64,000 nucleotides of DNA, from sequence record SRR20825019_212. One strand, written 5' to 3'. The notes below the pieces were generated by a model, which saw only the letters and a program-made list of their open reading frames with translations, had not been told where the DNA came from and did not search any database. Positions 58,945 through 64,000 of this stretch are shown here, piece after piece (within the stretch, counting starts at the first letter, position 1; the number at the start of each line of letters is the position of its first letter). The translations under genes were made by a program, and so were the position numbers.

Positions 58945-60240
58945 TTAATTTTCTTTATTCGTTGAGAACAACTTTGGTTTGATGATCAACATGGCCCATG
59001 CCCAATTTTGGGTACTGGCGGCATCTGTCTCGGCCACGCCCTTAAGTTCATACATACCATCTGCAGGGAACAATTGGGAATATCCCACTTTTAGTGCGTA
59101 ACCATTGAATTTTTGGGTGAACACCAAATCGACTTCGGTTCCCAAAGAGTTTTCCCCACTGGGCAGGTCTTGCTCTCCCCTAAAATTTAAAACCTTGGCC
59201 AAGAGGCTAGATTTTTCTCCTAATTTTATATTGGTGCTGATATGAACATCAAACAATCCAATGGAATTGGCATGATTGCCCACATAGAAATAATCCATAA
59301 AACCATTGAATTTATGATTGGTGCCAGATAAAGGGAAAAAAGCACTTGTCTCGCCTTCAACTTGGCCGTCATTTCCACTTATGATTTCAAATCCAGCTCC
59401 TAGACCGATAGTGTTCGATGCCTTATAACTGGCATCGAACCCCAACAAGTACGCCCCCTTTACATCCAACTCCCCTTGCCTCTCCCCTGTTTGTAGAAAT
59501 GCATTCGCGGCCAGTCCAAAATCTCCTTTTTTATACGCAAGGTGCGCACCCAATGTCTGCAAATTACTTACTCCATTTGCGGTATCGTTACCATCAAAAT
59601 TTTGAAAGCCGTTATTGAGCATCAACAAACTTGATGCAAATCTTTCCCATTCTTGTTTTAGGTAGAGCATCTGCATGGTCTTATAACTGAAAAAGCCCAT
59701 GGTATTATAGGTATTTCCAATGGATTGAAACCCACTTGGATTATCAAAGTCCTGATTAAAGGCAAAGGCAGCATCAATAACAAAACTATCTTTGGAATAC
59801 TGTATGAGGGCTGCATCATGGTTTCTGGCCTGTTGGGTCCAGTCCACTTCGCCCAAGATACGTTGGTCATCATAGGAAAGTACCTGTCTACCCAATTTGG
59901 CGGACCAGCCAGAACCGAGCTTAAGTTGGGCCCAGGCTTCGAAAACAGCAAATGAATTGTTTTCATCCTCAGGCTGTAATTGACGGTTTTCACCCCAAAC
60001 AAAAACATCCTGAAGACTCAGGTAGAACCTATACTTTTCGGTTTGGTAATCCGTATTTAAGCGAATCCGCGTAGCGGTTGCAAAACCAGGGTCGGAGGCA
60101 TCAGACATCAAACTGCCAAAACCATTTCTATACTCTGTTCTTGGTCTAAACTGCCCATCCACTACGAATTGGGCAAAGGAAAAATGTACTCCCATGAGGC
60201 ATAGGCACACCAAGAGCCTTTTCTTATTGAAAAACTTCAT
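58945..60240 (-). CDS. Alginate-export-family outer-membrane beta-barrel
   Basis: Signal peptide; RPRTEYR, LGRQVLSYDDQRILG, W.QQARNHDA and GTNHKFNGFMDYF motifs. Confidence 0.8.
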   Translation of the reverse strand: MKFFNKKRLLVCLCLMGVHFSFAQFVVDGQFRPRTEYRNGFGSLMSDASDPGFATATRIRLNTDYQTEKYRFYLSLQDVFVWGENRQLQPEDENNSFAVFEAWAQLKLGSGWSAKLGRQVLSYDDQRILGEVDWTQQARNHDAALIQYSKDSFVIDAAFAFNQDFDNPSGFQSIGNTYNTMGFFSYKTMQMLYLKQEWERFASSLLMLNNGFQNFDGNDTANGVSNLQTLGAHLAYKKGDFGLAANAFLQTGERQGELDVKGAYLLGFDASYKASNTIGLGAGFEIISGNDGQVEGETSAFFPLSGTNHKFNGFMDYFYVGNHANSIGLFDVHISTNIKLGEKSSLLAKVLNFRGEQDLPSGENSLGTEVDLVFTQKFNGYALKVGYSQLFPADGMYELKGVAETDAASTQNWAWAMLIIKPKLFSTNKEN

Positions 60241-60282
60241 ATTGCTTACTATTTGGTTGAATTATTAGGGAAACTAAAAGTG

Positions 60283-61683
60283 CTAACTTTCCACGGTGGA
60301 TATGGCCATTTTACCTTCCGTTTCTTGAAGTACGGCTTCTTCATCTGCGGTAGAGAATTTAATGGCAAATGCACTGATAGCCGCTACGACCACGAAAATT
60401 CCAATGATAAAATATCCGCTCGACACGGCACTCGAGGCCGCTGCAGCTTGTGCAGCTTTTACAGCTTCTTCACCTAAGCCCTCATTGGTCTTTATGGCAA
60501 TGCGTTCGGCCATTGCCGATTTGGATTTTAAAAAAAGTGCGGCCAAAAATGCACCAACATTTCCCCCTGCCCCAACGATTCCCGAGATGGAACCAATAGC
60601 TTTTTTGTTGATAAAGGGAACTACGGAAAATGTTGCGCCTTCGGCCATTTGAACTGTAAGACTAAAAGCCACCAAAAAGATGATTCCCACTGCAAGACTT
60701 GTGGTCAATGAGAATACGGAGAGCATAACGCCTTCGGCCATCAAAATAAAAGTCAGGAACAAAACCCTTCCACGCAGACCTTTTAACTTTCCGAAACGAT
60801 CACCGAAAAAGCCGCCCAAGGTACGGGCAAAAATATTCATCAGGGCAAAGGACAAAACAATGTTCCCTGCCGTAATCCTCTCCAAGCCAAAGGTGTTTTG
60901 CAAATAATCGTCCATGGTTCCATAAACGGTAAGCTCCATACCAAAACAAGCGGCATACACCAAGAACAATATCCAAACGCGGTAATCTTTCAAGGTGCTC
61001 ACAAAAGATACTTTATCCTTCTTCAAAACCGGCATGTTTCCTGTTTTCCGCAATTCTGCAAAATTGCCCTCTGGAGTATCCTGGGTAAAGAAGTAGTATA
61101 CAAGCCCCATTAAAAAACATACTATTCCGGCAATAACCATGGAGTAACGCCATGCAACTTCATCGGCAACACCAAAACTTACCACAGCTGAAGCAATCAA
61201 GGGCATTCCCAATCTGTTGGCACCACCACCAAGATTTCCCCAACCGGCCGATGTGGCATTTGCAGTACCCACTATGTTGGGAGCGAACATAATGGAAGTA
61301 TGGAATTGGGTAATAACAAAGGAAGCCCCTATGAATCCGATAAGAAATCTACAAAGTAAGAACTGTAAGGGTGTTTGTGCCAAACCTATCAAGATTACGG
61401 GAATAGAACCAATAATCAACAACCACGTGTAGCACAGCCTAGGTCCAAACCTATCGCACAACTTACCGATGAGCAATCGGGCAAAAACAGTACCGGTGAC
61501 AGCTAAAATTATAGAATTCCATTTTTGCGATGGGGACAATCCCAAATCCTTAACAACATCCGGCATAAAAGGAACAATGCCAAACCATGCAAAAAAGCAA
61601 ATGAAGAAAGCAATGGCAGAAATCCAAAACGTTCTAATAGGGATACTTTTAAGATTCAAAAGGTTTAATCGTGTGGCTTTCAT
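60283..61683 (-). CDS. NarK/NRT2-family nitrate/nitrite MFS transporter
   Basis: About 12 TM helices; nitrate-signature motifs AGWGNLGGG and GIVGAGGNVG; FGMEL; conserved Arg in FARLL and FARTLGG. Confidence 0.93.
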   Translation of the reverse strand: MKATRLNLLNLKSIPIRTFWISAIAFFICFFAWFGIVPFMPDVVKDLGLSPSQKWNSIILAVTGTVFARLLIGKLCDRFGPRLCYTWLLIIGSIPVILIGLAQTPLQFLLCRFLIGFIGASFVITQFHTSIMFAPNIVGTANATSAGWGNLGGGANRLGMPLIASAVVSFGVADEVAWRYSMVIAGIVCFLMGLVYYFFTQDTPEGNFAELRKTGNMPVLKKDKVSFVSTLKDYRVWILFLVYAACFGMELTVYGTMDDYLQNTFGLERITAGNIVLSFALMNIFARTLGGFFGDRFGKLKGLRGRVLFLTFILMAEGVMLSVFSLTTSLAVGIIFLVAFSLTVQMAEGATFSVVPFINKKAIGSISGIVGAGGNVGAFLAALFLKSKSAMAERIAIKTNEGLGEEAVKAAQAAAASSAVSSGYFIIGIFVVVAAISAFAIKFSTADEEAVLQETEGKMAISTVES

Positions 61684-61716
61684 AATACTTAGATTAATTG
61701 ATTAGATAATCAAATC

Positions 61717-61732
61717 TAAGTATTTATACGTA
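61717..61732. promoter_or_regulatory. 7-2-7 box TAAGTAT-TT-ATACGTA overlapping the transporter -7 element (TAGATTTG, 61718-61711, minus strand)
   Basis: Read directly from the sequence; one mismatch to the perfect arms. Confidence 0.7.
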
Positions 61733-61888
61733 TTTATTGAATTATGTAACGTTTTTCTACGTATTTTTATGAAATAATATAAAGGAGCCCTGTCATATTG
61801 CAACATTTTAAAATTGAGCCTTGTGTTACTGACAATTTGAAAATAGACATTGAAAACAATGTAAGCCATATTATATTAAGGTATGGGT

Positions 61889-62665
61889 TTAGAGCTCCAT
61901 ACCTACAACTCTTTGGATGGCATCTTCAAAAAATGATGGATGGTCGGCCACCACATCACCGACAATAATGATTCCAGGGCATGACAAATCCAATTCGCTG
62001 GACATATGGACGGCATCATTTAATGTGCCCGTGATACAATTCTCGTTTGGCAAGGTTCCATTTTGAACAATGGCATGCGGCGTGTAACCTTCTCTATACC
62101 TCCCTATTTCCTTAGCTATATCCACCAATTTACGGACTCCCATCAAAATGACCAATGTTGCGGAAGATTGAGCGGCCCATTGAAAGTCCCTGGAAAGACC
62201 CCCTTCTTTTGTTGTTGCGGTAAGGACCCAAAAACTGTTGCTCATCCCTCTTTTGGTGATGGATATTCCTTGACTTGCCGGTACCGATATAGCACTGGAA
62301 ACACCTGGTACCACCTCCACAGGGATTCCAAAAGATTCCGCATATTCGACTTCCTCCATTCCTCTACCAAATACAAATGGATCACCTCCTTTTAGCCGGA
62401 CCACATGACCATACCTAAATGCATTTTCTACGATAAGGGCATTGATTTTATCTTGACCAAAGCTATGTTTTCCACACCGTTTTCCTACGTATATTTTCGG
62501 AATATGCCTTGGAGCTTCGGTTAGTAAATCAGCATCCGTTAATGCATCGTACAGAACAACATCGGCCCGCTTCAAAGCGCGCAACCCTCTAACAGTAACA
62601 AGGTTTGAAGAGCCTGGGCCTGCACCGACCAAAGTTACTCTTGCCTGTTCCTTATATTGCTTCAT
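61889..62665 (-). CDS. cobA: Uroporphyrinogen-III C-methyltransferase (siroheme synthesis)
   Basis: LVGAGPG, ADVVLYDAL, RLKGGDPFVFGRG and VVPGVSSA motifs. Confidence 0.93.
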   Translation of the reverse strand: MKQYKEQARVTLVGAGPGSSNLVTVRGLRALKRADVVLYDALTDADLLTEAPRHIPKIYVGKRCGKHSFGQDKINALIVENAFRYGHVVRLKGGDPFVFGRGMEEVEYAESFGIPVEVVPGVSSAISVPASQGISITKRGMSNSFWVLTATTKEGGLSRDFQWAAQSSATLVILMGVRKLVDIAKEIGRYREGYTPHAIVQNGTLPNENCITGTLNDAVHMSSELDLSCPGIIIVGDVVADHPSFFEDAIQRVVGMEL

Positions 62666-62740
62666 TATAAATATTTGTTTTGATTTTTATGAATTCCACA
62701 ACAAGAATACGTATTTATTTTTAAATAATTATCAATTATA

Positions 62741-62762
62741 TACGTAATTATACTTAGTTTTG
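62741..62762 (+). promoter_or_regulatory. 7-2-7 box TACGTAA-TT-ATACTTA overlapping the nirB -7 element (TAGTTTTG, 62755-62762)
   Basis: Read directly from the sequence; same register as at the transporter promoter. Confidence 0.7.
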
Positions 62763-62787
62763 ATTCATATTTCAAAATCATATGTAT

Positions 62788-64000
62788 ATGAAAACTGTAA
62801 TTGTAGTGGGCAACGGAATGGTGGGATATAAGTTTTGTGAAAAATTTGTATCCAAATCCTCCAGCGATGAATATAAGCTTATTGTCTTCGGCGAAGAACC
62901 TAGACCTGCGTATGATAGAGTCCACCTCAGTGAATATTTTGAGAATCAAGATGCAAATGCCTTGGAACTTGCACCTACTTCTTGGTATAAAGAGAATAAC
63001 ATTGAACTTATTACAGGACAACGGGTCACAGATATCAAAAAAGAGAATAAGGAGATCCATACCGCTTCGGGCAAATCTTATACCTATGATTATTTGATTT
63101 TGGCCACAGGCTCTGTTCCCTTTGTACCCCCTGTTTCCGGTGTTGAAAAGGAAGGTGTTTTTGTCTACCGAACCATAGAGGATTTAGGGGAGATGATGGC
63201 CTATGCCTCACAAATTAAAGCCATTAAACCCAACGGGAAAGCAGCTATTTTAGGAGGAGGCCTCTTGGGGCTCGAAGCAGGAAAGGCTGTTTTGGACATG
63301 GGCCTGGAAGCCCACGTTGTGGAGTTTGCACCAAAACTGATGCCCCGACAATTGGATACCCGAAGTAGTAATGTGCTCCAGTTAAAACTGGAGGATATGG
63401 GAATACAGGTACATTTGAGCAAGGCAACCAATAAAATCTTGGGCGACAAGGTAATCGAAGGAATGGAGTTTGGAGAAGATGATAGGTTGGACGTGGATAT
63501 GCTCATCATTTCGGCAGGGATACGCCCCCGGGACGAGCTTGGTAAAACATGCGGACTGGAAATGGGAACACGAGGAGGAATCATCGTTGACAATAGAATG
63601 CGAACATCCGCTAAAGATATATTCGCCATTGGCGAGGTGGCCTTGTACAACCAAATGATATACGGCCTTGTCGCTCCTGGTTATGAAATGGCCGATGTTG
63701 CGGTGAATCAGATATTGGGCAATCAAGAAGTAATTATGCCAGCGGATATAGATATGTCCACAAAACTTAAATTGATGGGTGTGGACGTAGCCAGTTTTGG
63801 TGTTCCATACATGCCTGCAGAAAAGGGGTTGTCCATCATCTTTGAAAACAAGACAAAATACCTCTACAAGAGAATCAATGTAAGCCATGACGGAAAAACG
63901 CTCTTGGGAGGGATTCTCGTTGGGGATGCTGCAGACTATAATATTCTGCACCAGATGTACCTAAATGGTATCGCTTTGCCCGATAATGCCGAAGAATTGA
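62788..64000 (+). CDS. nirB: NAD(P)H-dependent nitrite reductase large subunit; 3' end truncated by the window edge
   Basis: Not in the ORF track. My translation gives MKTVIVVGNGMVG, FGEEPRPAYDRVHLSEYF, LATGSVPFVPP, VYRTIEDL, GGGLLGLEA, YGLVAPGYEMA and DMSTKLKLMGVDVASFG. Confidence 0.93.
   Translation, partial: MKTVIVVGNGMVGYKFCEKFVSKSSSDEYKLIVFGEEPRPAYDRVHLSEYFENQDANALELAPTSWYKENNIELITGQRVTDIKKENKEIHTASGKSYTYDYLILATGSVPFVPPVSGVEKEGVFVYRTIEDLGEMMAYASQIKAIKPNGKAAILGGGLLGLEAGKAVLDMGLEAHVVEFAPKLMPRQLDTRSSNVLQLKLEDMGIQVHLSKATNKILGDKVIEGMEFGEDDRLDVDMLIISAGIRPRDELGKTCGLEMGTRGGIIVDNRMRTSAKDIFAIGEVALYNQMIYGLVAPGYEMADVAVNQILGNQEVIMPADIDMSTKLKLMGVDVASFGVPYMPAEKGLSIIFENKTKYLYKRINVSHDGKTLLGGILVGDAADYNILHQMYLNGIALPDNAEEL

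Noticed and set aside
58945-60240. Alginate biosynthesis or export
   Set aside because: No alg synthesis genes are present and the context is nitrate assimilation.
62665-63951. ORFs 62665-63060, 62837-63097, 63201-63650 and 63382-63951
   Set aside because: They are antisense or off-frame shadows of nirB, which starts at 62788.
25500-64000. Accessory blocks as a mobile genomic island
   Set aside because: No integrase, transposase, tRNA target or flanking direct repeats are visible; I did not compute a compositional shift.

Overview
Gene-dense chromosomal window from a Flavobacteriaceae bacterium. The assignment rests on Bacteroidota-specific gene families (SusC/SusD, PorP/SprF, T9SS type-B CTD) and TAnnTTTG promoter boxes; a marine Muricauda/Flagellimonas-like genus is my impression only. 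There are 44 CDSs, two of them truncated at the edges and missing from the ORF track (a GH3/beta-lactamase-fold fusion at the left, nirB at the right). I found no rRNA, tRNA, CRISPR or IS elements. Blocks: (1) 1-25.4 kb housekeeping and envelope genes (amidase-mlaD-split Fe-S oxidoreductase operon, lptD, ridA, pfkA-gap-sugar kinase, tamB, tsaD, rsmE, small hydrolases). (2) 25.6-32.3 kb CAP lipoprotein plus a T9SS type-B cargo/PorP/PorE-like triad. (3) 32.5-34.7 kb D-amino-acid aminotransferase plus a secreted M20 peptidase. (4) 34.8-52.2 kb divergent SusC/SusD locus with an NrtR regulator, an oxidative 3-keto-glycoside-type enzyme set, DUF1593 and a GH3. (5) 53-64 kb assimilatory nitrate/nitrite cluster. 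Best leads: the oxidative SusC/D locus with two readable 23-bp operators and no canonical lyase/hydratase; a TACGTA 7-2-7 box in fixed register with the -7 element at four nitrate promoters; an uncharacterised Nir/Sir-like-rubredoxin protein next to a nitrate reductase-diaphorase fusion; and a probable AUC start for tamB. All product calls come from motif recognition, not database searches.
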